DNA from: Hemiscyllium ocellatum
Lineage: Eukaryota
Length of the DNA: 64,000 nucleotides
Direction: 5' to 3'
NCBI RefSeq assembly: GCF_020745735.1
Contig: NC_083427.1
Coordinates: 1,953,438 to 2,017,437 of the forward strand
Below are positions 13,266 to 28,190 of this stretch, in pieces. The notes beneath the pieces are model-generated. The model saw nothing but the letters and a program-made list of their open reading frames with translations, was not told the DNA's origin and searched no databases. The position numbers were made by a program, and so were the translations under genes. Every line of letters starts with the position of its first letter. The stretch's first letter is position 1.

Positions 13266-15189
13266 TCGCCGTACGTCTCTGTTAAATGGTTAATCGCTGA
13301 TTATTAAACTGTGATGCCCAGTTCAAGATGCGTCCAGAAAAGGAGATGTTCTTCCAGTATGTAATTCAGGATTTTCTATGATTCAAACCGGTCACCTTTC
13401 CCCCTTTTAATTCAAAAACATAAAAGCCAAGCATCCACATTTTACTTGTCAGCATCACTCTCATTCCAGTTACAAATATGGTGAATGTTCTGTGAACTGC
13501 TTCAAGCACATTTACGTCCGTCCTGAAGTAAGATGGAAAACGCAATTCTTTTTTTTCGATTTTATAATCATGTGCATTTATGGTACATCGGTGACGTGGT
13601 CGGGACCAGTATTTATTGTCCATCCTTGTTGCCTATTCAGAATATCCTGTTGGTCAGCATTCTTGAACCGTTGCTGTTCCTTTGCTTTTGGGAGACACAC
13701 AACATTTTAATGGATGACCTCCAACATTTTGACAGTGTTAAGGATTTGCTCTCTCTAATGCACTGTACAAATAAGGAACAACTTTCATTATCTTGAATTC
13801 AATTCCATTCACTACAAATTCGATTAGGTGTTTTGAAAATTGAGTTGCTGTATCTGCATGTTAACCTTTTCTGATTCATGCTCTGGGGGGATAGATACTT
13901 CTGCATCTCAAAGCTCGGCAATCCACCAGCACTTGAGTAAATGTTTCTTTATTTTCCTTCTTGCCAAATGGACAAACTAACATTTTTCCAACCTGCCATG
14001 AAGAGAATCAAACAAAAATACCTATGTTTTTTCTCCCAGGGACACCAACACCATACACAGTACTCAATTCCTCTGTGGTCTTTCAAAGGCAGCGCAAAGG
14101 TGCAATAAAATCTCTGCAATTTTGGGTCCTATTGCCCTCACAATGTTGCCACTTCCCTCCCTGCACTATCATGCTAACGTTTTGTGGTTTCTGTATTAGA
14201 GCTCTCAGATTCCACTGTATCTCTGGATTGTTCAATTTCCTTCCAATATAAAAGCAATATAATTATCCCAGTTAATGTTCTCACCAGATAAGTCAGATCC
14301 CAGATTTAAAAAAAAAATCCAAAGTCTTTCGTGAAATATGAACACGTAAGGCATCGGAACTGGTCTCAATTCTGAAACAGGAGTTTATTACATATGAACA
14401 TGAAAGCGAAACAAACAAGTTTCTGCAAAGCACAACATAACAATTTGCTATCTACTTCCAAATACAGAGAAAATTTCGTCCTCCATCAATTCTGTAAGTT
14501 GTATGAAACATTTCTTTCCAGTTCGCATGATGTGAATTGCGAAATCTTTCTTTTTCACTCAGCAACTGTCCTACTTACAGAGAAGAGAACAGTGTCTTAA
14601 CTGTTGTGAATAGAGTCACTTTATTTTATCTAAGGGAAACAATTCCTGTTTGTAACTTCAATCAAGTCACCTTCGAACCCAACTTGTCTTTTCTTACCTG
14701 AAATCAATCATTTGTTATTTGCTTGCTATTTTGTTAGCACATCTCAGTCTCTTGCCAATATCTCTGTCCTGGACCACCTACAATTATCCCAAAAACCGCA
14801 ACGAACCTCAAGGGAAAAACACATATTTTCCCCTCAGGCACTGCACAAATGCTGACGCTCAACTCTTCAATTTCAGAGCCGCTGAATGACGTTTGTACTC
14901 CATTATTCTGACATACATACAAACATAGCAAATGGTAACAAGAGCGAGCCCTTCAGCCCTCCTAAACTACTTCACCATTAAATCTGATCATGGCTCATCA
15001 TTCAGCACAATACATTTTTCCGACGGCATTTGACATTTTGCAAGTGCTGGAACCTCGCAAAATGCTTTGGAATAGTGCATCAGCAGTAAAGTGCATTGTG
15101 GTGTCATAACCCTAACCTTAACTCCAATATTTTATAAACACAAGGTTTAATTTGTACTGTTAAAAACACTGAGGACACCAATACTTTGG

Positions 15190-17640
15190 AGTCATGCAGT
15201 CAGAGACTCACGTAACATCGAAACAGACCCTTCAGCCCGACTGTTACATGCCAACAAGTTTGCATAAACAGAACTAGTCCCATTTTCCTACGTTTGGTCC
15301 ATATCCCTACAAACCTTTGCAATCTATGTACCTGCTCAAAATCTATTTCCATGTTGGGGCTTCATTTGCATCTCCCACTTCCTCTGGCAGCAATTCTATC
15401 TATGCAGCATACTCTGTTTAAAAGTTGCCCCTCAGGTTACTTTTAAATCGTTTTTGTTCTCACCCTTAACTATTACTCTCTTGTTTTGGACTGCCGTCCG
15501 GTGGGGAAAAAGAATTTGGCTATTCAGGCTTTAATTGCCACTCATGATTTTATGATTTGGAGGTACCAGTGTTAGACTGGAGTGGACAAATTCAGAAGTC
15601 ACACCACACAAAGTTACACCACACCACGTTACAGTGCAATGAGGATATTTGAAATGACATGCTTTCAAAGCGCTGTCATTTGTTTAGATGAAGTGATGAA
15701 GAAGCTGTGCTCTGAAAGCCTGTGATTACGAGACCTGGGCGTCATGTGACTTTTGATCATGCCTTGATAAACCTTTATAAGGTCACCCATCAGCGTCGTA
15801 TGCTCCAAGGAATAACAGTCCGAGATTATCAAGCCTCTCATCATAACTCAAACCCTCCTGCCTCAGGAACATCGTAATAAATCTTTTTAGCACTCCTATC
15901 ATTTTCATGACATTGCTCCTGCTGGCCGACCAGAAATGTGCGCAGATCTCCAAATGTGGTCTCACTAATTACGCATACACCTATAACATGACAGTCAAAA
16001 CTCCTGTAATCAATGATCAAACAGATGTAGGCAATTGTGACAAACTGCCTTCTTCACCAACCAGTCTACCTGTGACTCCACTTTCAAGGAACTATGCAAC
16101 TGCGCCCTCAGGTGTTCCTGTTTGGGTCATTCCATTAATTCCTGTTTGAGTTTGTTTCGAGAAAATGCAACACTTTGTTATGAAGTAATTTAAACTCCAT
16201 CTGCCATTCCTCGTCCCATTGGCCCAGTTCTCCTCGTAGGGAACCTTCTTGACTGTGCATCATCATGGATTTTGGAGTTGTTTGCAAACTCACGAAGGAT
16301 GTCTTAGTTTTTCTCAACTAAAATGTTTACTTAAATTACGAATAACAGTGAAATAAACACCGATACATGAGACACACAACTGGTCACAGCCTCCCTCCAT
16401 TCTGAAAGACATCCTCTATCACCACCCTCTGTCTCCTCGCATAAAGCCAATTTTTTCAATGCACTAGCTCTCCCTGCATCCCATTTGTTCTCATGGTATT
16501 ATCTAATGTGCCATGCAGAACCTTTTAATAGGCCTTGCCAATGTCCGTGCGCACAATATCTGTCATCCTGTCTTAATCTATCATCTTGGTCACCCCTCCA
16601 ATGATCTCAATAAAATTGGTGAGTCACGATGTGCTCCGAGCAAAGTCATGCTGAGTGTCCCTCATTAATCATTGTCTTTCCAAATGCATGTGGATGTTTT
16701 CTCTCAGAATGCCCTCAAGCAACATGTCCACAATTGACGTCAGACTTAGTGTTATCTCGTTCCCAGGCTTTTCCTTAGTCTTTCTGAAATATTGGCGCAA
16801 TACTTGCACCCTTCAGTCTTTTAGTAGTTTATCCGTAGTTGTACATGTCACAGATATATGTGCTAGATGCCGGAATTGCATTCCTAGAGCCGCACAATAT
16901 ACTCGTATACACCTAAGCATGTTCCCAGGCATTCGTCTACTTTTATGCATTGTAAGGCCTTTACTATCTCTTCGTCAGTGATGTGGATTCTTCTCAAGAA
17001 ATCACTGTTGATTTCGCTGAGATTCTGGACTCCCTGTTATCCTGCGTTCTAACACCAAATATTCGTTTGGGATCTCACCGATCTCCTGTCATTTCACCCA
17101 TATATGCGACCCTTTTTTAAGAGGCCTTTTCCTCTCCCTAGTTACTCTTTCGCACTTAATATATATGTAAAATTTCTTTGGATTCTCCTTAATCTAAACT
17201 GCCAAAACTATCTGCTGTCCCCTTTATGCCGCATTCGTTTTCCTCTTAACTATGCTCCAACACTCCTTTACTCTCAAAGGATTCACTGATCTCAGTTGTC
17301 CATACTTGAAATATGTCTCTTGCTTTTTCTTGACCAGAACATCAACATCTCTCGTCAGTATTCCGTACTGCTTTCAGCTGTGCCCTTCACTCTCAAAGCA
17401 TCATGTTGTATCTGAACTCTCGTTATGTCACTTTTGAATGCCTCCAATTTGACAGACATCCTTTGGCTTGCAACAAGCCCTACCCAATCAACCGTTGAAT
17501 GTTCCTGTGTAATAACATCACAACTGGCCTTGCCCTGATTTAAAATTAAAACTGTGCATCGGTTCTATCGTTTTCTACTACGATTTTAAGGTGAATAGAA
17601 TTATACTCATCTGGTCCAAAAGTGCTACTCCACGAACATG
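15190..17640 (-). mobile_element. Decayed CR1-type LINE(s), interrupted by a mini-element
   Basis: Reverse-complement 3' tail near 15200-15260, and RT remnants such as antisense RPHLEICAHFWS (15783-15965). Confidence 0.65.
15558..15757 (-). mobile_element. Palindromic Penelope-terminus mini-element (family B)
   Basis: CAGAAGTCACAC and GCTTTCAAAGCGC are inverted against GCTCTGAAAGC and GTGACTTTTGA. The core TGATGAAGAAGCTGTGCTCTGAAAG is degenerate. It is related to 63459-63647. Confidence 0.6.
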
Positions 17641-18219
17641 TGAGTCATTTATTTCTTCAGAAGTGGTCTCTTCCCTCCACATCCATTGCATTTTGATTGA
17701 GAAAACACATTCCCTCGGAAAGGAAGTGTTACTGCACCCATACCAGAGAATGAGAGGATGAATAATAATCCATTCGAACAACTCCATTGACATATTTGTG
17801 GTTGAATAGACTCACAGAATCATACAACAAATTGATAGACTAATCTGCCAGTTGTACGTGCGTGCTGGCTATCTTGAAGGAGACATCGAATTTGTAGCAC
17901 TTTAAACCACTTTCACACTGATTCTTTTATTTTAAAACTATCCATTCTCTTGCTTTTTCAATGTCATCGGTGTATCTGTTGCCAATAACTTTAGGCAAAT
18001 GTCTACTATGCCCAGAAAGTTTGCTGTCTCAAACCAGAGCCCATCTTTTCCCTGTTGCCTCTTGATTTAAATCAATTATCTTCAATTCATGCTCAGCTCT
18101 TGATAGCACTGACAGAGAAAATGCTGTATTCCCATAACCAACCTGTAATTTTAAATCCATCAGTTAAATATTCTCTGCAACTAAAGAAATGCGACAATAG
18201 GAAATGGAGTTGTCGGTCG

Positions 18220-18865
18220 ATAGAATAGTGAAGAAGGTGCTTGCTATAATTGCCTTTATTGGTGACTCCATTGAGTATTGAGTTCAGCGGTCATGTTACG
18301 GCTGTACAGAACAATGCCTAATCTAGTTCTGATGAACGATCCACGATTCTGGTTTCCCTGCTGTAGTAAGGATGTCGTGAAACCTGTAAGTGTTCAGCAA
18401 AGATTGACAAGGATTTTGCCATGGTTTTAGGCTTTCAGCTATCGGGAGAGTCTGAATAAACTGGGGCTCTTTTCCTTGGAGCATTAGAAGCTGAGGGCTG
18501 AACTTAAGGAGGTTTATAAAATAATGAGGGGCATGGAGATTGTGAACAGACAAGGTATTTCCCTGAGTTCGAGGATTCCAAAAGTAGAATGTCAGAAAGG
18601 AAAGATTTTAAAGGAACGAATGGGGCAACACTTTCACTCAGACAGGTGGTGCCTATATGGAATGAGGTCCAGAGGAAGCGTTGGAGGCTGCCACAATTGT
18701 AACATTTAAAGAACATCTGGATGGGTATACAAATAGGAACAGTTCAGAGGGATATATGAATAAGGTCGGCATATAGCACTAGATTCATTTAGGTTATTTG
18801 CTCAGCATGGACAAGTTGGTCTGAAAGGTCTGTTCCTGTGCTGTACATCTCCACGACTCCATAAT
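18220..18865 (+). mobile_element. CR1-type LINE 3' end
   Basis: RT C-terminal remnant ending in CATGGACAAGTTGGTCTGAAAGGTCTGTTCCTGTGCTGTAC. Confidence 0.7.
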
Positions 18866-19349
18866 TCTTACAGTCGTTTTGTTCATTGCAGTAATACATT
18901 TTCTACCATTTTCAATATTTGCAATTCTTCATACTGTGGCAATTTCAATAAATGTGACAATATCAATGGCACGCTTTATAATTGCAAAGTCTGTGCACTG
19001 GCTCAAAACAGATCTTCGATTGATTCAGTGATTTGTGAAGAATGACCATGTCTTCATGACGTATTTTCTCAGTTGCCCTTTTAACCAGACCAAAGGTCTT
19101 GGATGTTTTAGCTAGAGCATCTAAAGCCTCCTGTCCAGTCACAGATTTGTTTCTGAAACCTCAAGTTCATATCTTTGAAATTCCTTTGCAAAATATTCTC
19201 TAAACAGAAAACAAAACGTTCCTTCATGTCGCAGAGCAAGGTTTGTATATTTTCTTGAGTTTGCTCTCGATAAGCACACATGTTTTCGAATATGTCAACC
19301 GTGATATTGTTACGTTGTACATTTTGACATCTGTTCTTCACTGTTCACC

Positions 19350-19870
19350 ACATTCAACAACCTTCTAGTTTAGAATTTGAAACCTGGAGTAGAATTAGAC
19401 CATTCAGTCTATCGAATCTGCTCTGCTGTTCCATAAGATCATGGCAGATTTGATAAACCTGGGCTTCAATTTTTTGACTTTTCCTTTTCCCAATTGATTC
19501 CTTTCCTGAGTAGATATCACTGCTTGAATATTTTAAATAACCCAGCATCCACTGCCTAATATGATAAGATATTCGACAGATTCACAATCTTTTGAGAGAA
19601 AAATACCTCACCACATCTACATTAAATAGTTGAATCCTTATACTGATTGTGTCCCGTGGTCCGAGACAGTCCCGCAAGGGGAAAGACCTTCTCCAAATTT
19701 CTGATTATAATTGGCTTGATAAGATCGCCTTTCATTCTTCTCAACTACAAGGCCAAATATTTTAATTATGTTTAGTTTTTTAAAAACCCTTCATATCAGA
19801 GATCAGCCTCATGAAACTTCTCTAGACTCCATACAATGTCAAAACATCTTTCAATAGTTAAGGGCGCCAT
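19350..19870 (-). mobile_element. CR1-type LINE 3' end
   Basis: Antisense 3' UTR (TAGACCATTCAGTCTATCGAATCTGCTCTG) and RT C-terminal remnants. Confidence 0.55.
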
Positions 19871-20319
19871 AAGTTGTTCACGGTTTTCCAGCCGTTTTTT
19901 GATTTTTACATTCTTTGGTTTGAATTGGCCTCTTTCCACAGCTCATAAGGAAGATGACAAAATATGTGAATTAATTTGCAGGTGTCGATACTTTTAAAGT
20001 GAGACAGGTTTTACCCCCAATTTACATATTGACCTACTGATGGAAAGAAGAATTGAGAAGTTACTCATTCACCGCACCTTACTTAAAAATAGCGACTAAG
20101 TAATTAAAATGTCTGCCATCATCATTTCAGCTGGATTCCAGATCATGTGAGAGTGGCTGTTCACTATACTAATGTCGCAGTTGACCCAATGGGGAGTCAA
20201 TGATCTCGTCCAAATTTGGTGCCACTGAGAATCAGGTGAAAAAAATCATGCTTTACGCCATTTTAAGCAAATGGAAAATGTTTGGAGTTGTTGGAGATCA
20301 GTAATCTCAACGCCTGGAC

Positions 20320-21130
20320 GTCTCTGCTGAAGTTCTTCATGGGAGTGATTCTGGCTGAACTATCTTTATCCGTTTCATCAACGACCTCCCCTCTACCATA
20401 AAGTTAGGAGCAGGGATGTTTAATGGTGATGGTACAACGTTCAGCACCATTCACAACTCTTCAAATACTGATTCAGTCCATGTCTGAATGTTCCACGATC
20501 TGGATACATAGAACGTTTTGGGCTGACAATTATCAGCGAAAGTTCCTGTCACTCTAATACCAGGAATTGGTTATCACTAAAAAATTACCCAGTGACATTC
20601 AGTGATATTAACTTCACAGGATCACCCATTATGGCCAACCTGATTACCACCATTGTCCAGAACCTGAACTGCTCTAATCATATAAGTACAGTGGCAACAA
20701 GATTTGGTCAGAGGCTAGAAATCTGATTAACTAACTATAGGATGGTGCGTTGCCTCCTTGAAGGGAATGCTATTATGACGTGGCTGCAGAACACCTTCTC
20801 GAGAATATGGCACTATCAGACGTTACTTTTCGCATTGGTCTTAACAACATGGGCAGAAAGAAGACCGGGGTCCTGAAGACAGATTTCAGCGAGTTAATAA
20901 TGAAATTGACAGACAAATTCTCAAAGGCATTAATCTGAGGATTTCTCTCTGCCACGCATCAGTGGGTAAAAAAGGAGAAAGAGTGATTGGTTCAAAACGT
21001 TTTGAAGAGCACATGTAGGAAAAGGCTCTTTGGATTTCTGAGGAATTAGAATGGATTTTCCAGCGGGTTGAGTCAGTGTTATCTGAACGTGCTATATTTT
21101 CAGTGATCAGTCTTCTCAGAGGCTGGAGAT
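20320..21130 (+). mobile_element. LINE fragments: CR1/L2-type RT piece followed by a CR1 ORF1 esterase piece
   Basis: FINDLP...GMF...FSTIHNSSNT-like RT remnant (20390-20520) and VL..DF.EL..KL-like ORF1 remnant (20870-20960). Confidence 0.5.
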
Positions 21131-21139
21131 TAGGGTCGG

Positions 21140-21315
21140 GAAGTGTGGTGCGGGAAGAGCAAAGCCAGTCCAGCAGCATCAGAAAAGCAGGAGAGGAGAT
21201 TTTTCGAATATGACCACTTAATCAGATGAAGAGCTCATGCTCAAAACTTCGACTGTCCTGTTCCTCGGATTGTGCCCGACTGGCTGCGCTTTTACAGCAC
21301 CGCACTTCTGACTAT
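21140..21315 (+). mobile_element. Old palindromic Penelope-terminus mini-element (family A)
   Basis: GAAGTGTGGTGCGGGAAGAGC is inverted against GCGCTTTTACAGCACCGCACTTC. The core AGATGAAGAGCTCATGCTCAAAAC is degenerate. Confidence 0.6.
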
Positions 21316-24300
21316 TTCAGTTTCTGTTTAATCGTAATTCACAGAGTGTTGGCAGATGGATAATTCAGTGACTGAAAAACCATTGGATATGAAGTGGTGA
21401 TAGATAGATGTCTTGCTGGGTCGATGATTATTGGATGGATCTCAGAGAAATTGAAATCCACCAAAAGTACCAGCAAATTCGGTGAAAATGTCATGCGACA
21501 ACTGATTCAGTGTTGAATGAGGCAGAGGTGCAATTTAGACAAGAATATGTTTACACAACGCAATATACATTACAGAGCCACAAGTATGTGATATATATGT
21601 GTGTACATTTTCCTCTCCCTATGTGTATATGTGTATGTGTATCTCCTCACTTCTGTCTACTTCAGAGCCTGTTTGTTAGGTACCTTTAATCCATTAGCCT
21701 ACGCTGAAATAGAGTCACCAGGCCTACAACACAGTAAAAGTCCAGTCCCTCCATCGTGGGAACAAGTATGGTTAATCCATCGTTGCCCTCCCTCAACGAG
21801 AATATCATATTTCCAGCGACAAATTCAAAAAATTCACACAGTGCTCCAGTTGAAGTCTAACAAAGATGCATTACAAACGAGGCATCACTTCACTACTCCT
21901 GGAATCAAATCCTCTTGTGATGACAGCTAAAATTCTATCAACCTTGCTGTAAGCGGATGTTAGCCTTCAGTGCATAATTGGGACGGGCACTCTTCCGCTA
22001 TTACAACCTTTCATAATTTGGCAAATATTAAGCACATTGCTTCTTTCCACAAGAGTGGATAATCTCTCATTTGCCCAGGATTTTTTCAATCTGCCATGAC
22101 CTGATCATTGTTTTAACATGAATTGACATAAGATCGCGGGCGATTTCCTTCATGCCTCCAGGAAACAGCTTACTGTTTTTTTTTTGCGTGATTAATGTTA
22201 TTTTCACTTTTTCTGAATGTTTTAATTTTTATTTCTATGAAAGCATTTTTTTTATTTCTCTGAAACAAGAACGGTCTCATGCTCTTTAAGCCGTCAGAAA
22301 AAAAACCATCCCCTAATATTGCCATATTGATACATAATATTCCAGTAAAAGAAAACTTCCTTCGAGTTTCATATGGATGTTGGTCTGATCAGCCATTTCG
22401 GACCAACTGCATCTTCGTAGATATACCAGCCATGATATCGATAATTTGCACCTTTCTTCATTTCCTGTACGCTGCTTATCTCAATCTAACCATTCCAATT
22501 TTACATGTGTGAGCGCAACCTTGAGCTGAAACATCTAGTTTAATCAAGAGTGTGGAACCTGCTTTATGCTGACGGGTTCGGTCCTAATTTGCAATATGTT
22601 TTATCTTTTGGATTTTTTTTAAGAAACAATATTCAATAAGTATAGATGCCTCAAAAATGAGATAGCCTAATGCAGATGCGGACTTCCATCCTGCAGTTGA
22701 ATTACCATTCTTTGTTCAATAGCGAGGAACGGCTGTTAATCTGTCAATAATGTTTACATCTCGAAAGACAGGCAACTGTTGAGAATCTGTATTTTATCAT
22801 GGAAACCTGGTTATTGCAAAACATCATCAAGCTTTGAGACTGCAGAATACTGATCAATTTCTGCAAGGTGAACTGGGATCAGCCGTCTTTATGGTTTAGA
22901 TAAATTTTAACATGTGTTTGCATCGTACAAGTTATTGTACTGATTAATATTTCATATTTAAATTCAATGTTCTGCCGTGCCATTTATTTGCAATACTTTT
23001 AGATGTTTGTCAAGATTAATTTTCATTGCCATAATTCTTCGAAATCTGATACTTGTAAACTTACAGAATTACTGAATGATGTTGATTTTGATTGAACACC
23101 CGAACACATCACTGATTTTTTTTTGTTGTTTTAAAAGTGAGTTTTAAAGGAAAGTATAGCAGAACTGAGATGTCTATCAAGCAGATTACATAAGTTACTT
23201 GATTCAATGATTAATTGCTTTGAGAGCAAATGCTGGCTGAGATGCTAAGATTCAATCTGAATTGGTAGAATCTGGTGCAACTTAAATTTTCAGTTCTATC
23301 TGCAACAAATAACTGTCAACCAGATTGCAAATGACTGAATGGGAACTCAGTGCGAGGGCCATAATATAAGACAACTTTGTGACATCAAGAAATATTCGAA
23401 AGTACTGGACGAAGCAAAGGCTGTTGTTGATGCCAATGTCCATGCATTAGTTACAAATTTAAATGCTCCGTATCTTTCTAGTAAAAGGGCTTCTTGCATC
23501 AGAATTGAGCCCTTCCCACATGCATCCTGTCCAGGAGTATAGGGCAAAAACAAAAACAGAAAATAGCACGGCAGTTGACTGTTGTTAGTCATTATTAAAA
23601 AAAAAGAAGGGCAATCTCAGTGATACGGGGGAATTCAGTGATTGTAATGGTATGAAGTGGTGATATCAAAATCCTTTCTTGTTGCAGTTAGTAATTGGCT
23701 GAGCATGTGAGGTGCTGATATGTGTCATTTTTTAGCCTCACCCTAGGAATTTTCCAGGTCGTACTGCATTTGGCCTTCCGTTTCTGAGGAGTTGTGAATT
23801 GTACTGAATATTGTGTCTTCTTCAGAAAACATTACACTTCTGATTTGAAGATGATAAATGAAGTAACTGAAGATGCTGGAATATATGACATTACATTGAG
23901 TATTTCTGACAGGAATGTTCTGAAGCTGAAATATCTGACGTCCAACAGCCACAGCGATCATCCTTTGCACTCGGTATAACTCGAACCAGTGGAGGGTTTT
24001 GATTCTGATCGATTTCAGTTTTTCGAGTGTTTGTTTATTCTGCATGCGATCAAATGTGGCCTTGTTATGAAGAAATGATTCTTCTGCTTCACCTCTGGAA
24101 TTCGGCTCATTGTCCGTATTTGAACCAAGACTGTACTAACGTCAGTATCGAAGTAGCCTTGGCAGGTGTCATACTTACTGCAAAGCAATTGGTTCTTTTT
24201 AACAATGTTGAAGAGCCGTACCATCACTTTTCCAGTGATCGAGATTTTACTGATAGGTGATAAGTGGTCGGAGTGGAAAAGGAAATAGCGAGGCAATATT

Positions 24301-25899
24301 CGTCATTGCTGGTTAGACAGCATTATTGTAGATTTACCAGAACAACGTGGCTCGAAGGACAATAGGTTTTTTTCGCAAAATAAACGTCAAGTACATTTGG
24401 AGGAACGTTGTATGTCCACACTGAATTATCTGGAGCCTCCAAACATTTCATGATATGACCTAACTGATAGCTTTGATTTCTGGGGTTTTGGCAGGAGCAG
24501 AAATTTAAGAAGAAAGCTTCTCAAATGCAAAAAGGAATGGGCAGTAAGTGCAAGCTCAACCGTGATGTACATATTCCATGAATTAAACAATTAGGGATTT
24601 AGCAGTGCTCCAATTTTCAAAGTACATATTTACTTTGACGGAAATAGGCAGGATGTGCTAAGGATGACAATAAGCTAGAAGTTGCCTCCCAAGCTTGGAA
24701 TAATATCTCAAAAATTTTAAGAAACTGCCGTCTAACATTCAGACAGAAATGTGTGAGTTTCTCCTGACAGTATGAAGTGAGTCAAAAAGATGTCAGTCCA
24801 TTATCTTCTCTGGGGTAATTTGGAACTGTAACCAAAACAGGACAAACCATTCTCACTGTTTTATAAACGCAGAGCTGAATTATCAATTTTTTAAAAGCTT
24901 ATTAATTGATCTAAAAGAAGTTATTTAACCAATGTGGACCTCGTGATAATGGAGGTGCATAATCCCTGTTCGGTGATTTTTTTCGCAAATTCTCAGTTGT
25001 TATATATTGAAAAGATTGTTCTGGTCGGTAGCTGATATAAGGGAAATTACTTATTGATCTACGGGATCGGGAAGGTAAAGGCAATAAGAGACAAGAAATG
25101 AGCTAGTTCCTTCTTTTAGTTCCCTTATGATACAGAAACATTGGGCCATTTGTGGCAACGGGGCGAACCCGACTGCATGTTGCGGTGAACACTGTAATTA
25201 TTGATTGGCTGAACTGAAATTAGTACTTATGTTTAGAAAATTTAAACATTTAAAACTGTGTTCATGTATTTGGTGGATTGCAGTTGTTTGGCTTGTATAA
25301 TTGTGGTCTCGCACAAAATATATCATGTCGTGTGCATGAAGTAACGATGGTCGTTAAATCTACAACAGAAGTTACATTTATATGAGTGTGTTTCTGTCTC
25401 GTGCCGGCTGCAGAGCTTCATAAACAATGAGTATTTTTGTGGCACTACAGTGAAAGATATATAGAAGATATATTATTTTAGTATTGACAACTAAATATAA
25501 ATATTATTTCCTGATGCATTCGTTTATGCATTCCATGTTTAGTATCCTTACAGCACCGCCCTGAATTGCTATTGCATTCAAAATTTCTCCCACTTTGGCA
25601 TTATTAGGACTTCTGCGTAGCTATAAATCTATCAAAACAATCTGGTCCGCATTGGTTCACGAACAACGAGCTGCCATAGATTCTGAATAGAGACTGGTTT
25701 ATGGGCGTTCTGGCGAAAATATGACATTGCTGCTTCGCCCTTTTTGTGGGCTAAAGTAACATTAGGGTTATGTGTGTGTCTTATAAATGTATGAATAAGT
25801 TCTAATAGAAGTTAGAGGAAAATTAGAGCCGAATTAAGAACCCTCAACTTACTGTAGTCACAATACTGTAAAATACTCTACAAAATGTGTCAACATTAA

Positions 25900-28190
25900 A
25901 CTATAAGACCTTAAGAAGTGGGGGATCAATAAGTTAATTCAGCATACTCGATTTGCTCCGTCATTCGAACATGCTTGACATGCCTCTTAAACCCATTCTT
26001 CTGCACTCTCTCCGTAACCCTTGATGCCCTTCCCCATCAAGAACCTAAATCTGTCTTTAATACACTCAATGATTTAGACTCCACAGACTTCTGTGGCAAA
26101 GAGTTCCAACATTTTGCTGAATAAATTCTCTCCAGCTCAATTTTAAAGGATTGTCCCTTCACTGTGAGGCTGTGCCATCGGGTCGAACTTTGTTCTGTGA
26201 GTGACATTGTCTCCTGCGCATTCACTTTGTGCAGGTCTCTCAGTATTCCATATGATTCAGTGACACGCCACACTTATCCTTCTCAACTGCATTGAACACA
26301 AAGGCAGAATCTTCAACTGATCTTCATTATGTAATCCCGGTATCCAGTGGATCATGCTTGTAAAGCCTCTGTGGATCTCCTCCAATGCCACACGCCCTTC
26401 ATTAGACAGCAATCCAAAACTGATCACAACATTCCAAACGTACTCCTAATGGAGCCTTATACAGTCTCAGTAGAAATTCACCGTGTTGGTAGTCTAGCTC
26501 TCTTGATATAAACTATAAACTTGCATGTGCCTCCATAATAGCCACCTGCATCTGCATGTTTAATCTGAAGATAATCCTGAAGTTGGACTTCCAACTCCCA
26601 TCATGCTTCAAGTTTCAGAATTCATTCCCCTTTGAGGAAAAATAATCTCGTCTTTATCCTTCCAACCAAAACTCTTATCCTTATATTTACCCACATGATA
26701 TTCCATCTACCACTTATTTGCTAATCTCCCAGACTGTCGAAATCCTTGAGCACAATCCGCTTCCTCAGCATTACTCGTCCCTCAACCTATCATTGCGTAA
26801 TCTGCCAACTTGGCAACAATGCCCTGTTTTTTCATTCAGATAATTTATGAATAAAGTGAATAGCTGTGCTCTCAACACTGACCCTACAAATCATCAGTAG
26901 TGACTGGTTACTCTCCTGAAAATGACCTCTTTATCCTCTTTTGCCTTCTGGTAGTCAGCGAATTCTCCAGTGATGTCAGTGCAATATGCCAAACACGATG
27001 GATCTTATCTTACTTAACAGCTCCCTGTGCTTGCCAAAATCACACTGGAAATCTAAATAGATAATGTCCACTAGGTTTCCTTTGTTTTACTTGCTGGTTG
27101 TCTTCTCAAATAATTCTAACAGATTTGTGAGGCATGGCTTCCCAATGACGAAGTTATGCTGAGCCAACCTTATTTTACCAATCACATTCAATGTTCTGCG
27201 CTCTCACGTTGAATAATGTACTCTAAAATCTTACGAATGACTGAGGTAAGGCTAAACAGCCTAAACATCCAGTCTTCTGACACCCCTAAACAAGGGTTTT
27301 ACATTAACTATTTTCCAGTCCTCTAGGACGCTACCGAACTTCAATTATTCCTAAGAAATCACCACAATGCCTTCATGATCTCTTCAGTAATCGTCTTCAG
27401 AAATCTGGGATTTCGTCCGTCTGGTTAGGGTGATTTATCCATCTTCAGAACTTTCAGCTTTCCCAGCACTTTCTCCTTACTGATGGGCTCTTCACTCACC
27501 TCTGCACGTTGACATTCTTAAAATTTCCGTATTTTACTGGAGTCTTCCGATTTGAAGACTTTTCTAAAGTGCACATTCACTTCGTCCACAATTTGTTTGT
27601 TCATAATTTCTGCTTCCCTAGTCTCATTTTTCAATCTCCCAATGTCCATTCTTGCATCTCCATCACCTTTTTTTAAATCTAAACAAATTTATTTGTAATC
27701 TTTTATAATAACGCTAGCTTTTTCTGACAAAGCATCTTCTCCCCTCTTTTTTAAATCAGTTGACTACTGCTGCTTTTCGAGATTTTCTAATCCTCTCCTT
27801 ATCCCACTCACCATCACATTGTATCTTTTTTTTCTGTTCTCTCTGATTTCCCTTGTCAGCTATAATTGCCTTGACCTCAGCTTAGTATGTTTCTTTCTCC
27901 TTGGAACGAAATTCTGCTGTGTCTTCCAAATTGTCCCAGAAACCCCTGACGTTGCTCTCTGGCATTTTACTGCTAACTCTTTCATAGCCTCTTCATCTCA
28001 AACTGCAGACTGAATTCTATCACATTATCTTTATTGCCATTAAGTGCTTTTTTAATTTGATTTCCCAATCAGGACTGTCCCAATAATTCTCACCAAGTCC
28101 AGAATTGCATGTTCCCTGGTGAGCTCTATCACATGCTGAACTAATAAAATCCCGTGGACATTCAAATAATTCCTTTTTGGGATTCAGTAC
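25900..28190 (-). mobile_element. Long decayed CR1-type LINE
   Basis: Antisense 3' UTR at about 25900-26000, followed by RT and EN remnants (e.g. minus ORF 26037-26273). Confidence 0.7.

Noticed and set aside
2748-15371. Perfect octamers at 2748 and 15364
   Set aside because: Both lie inside retroelements far from any promoter, and several are expected by chance in 64 kb.
19108-19341. 77-aa coiled-coil-looking minus-strand ORF
   Set aside because: No family motif recognised and it is flanked by CR1 debris. A protein search would be needed.
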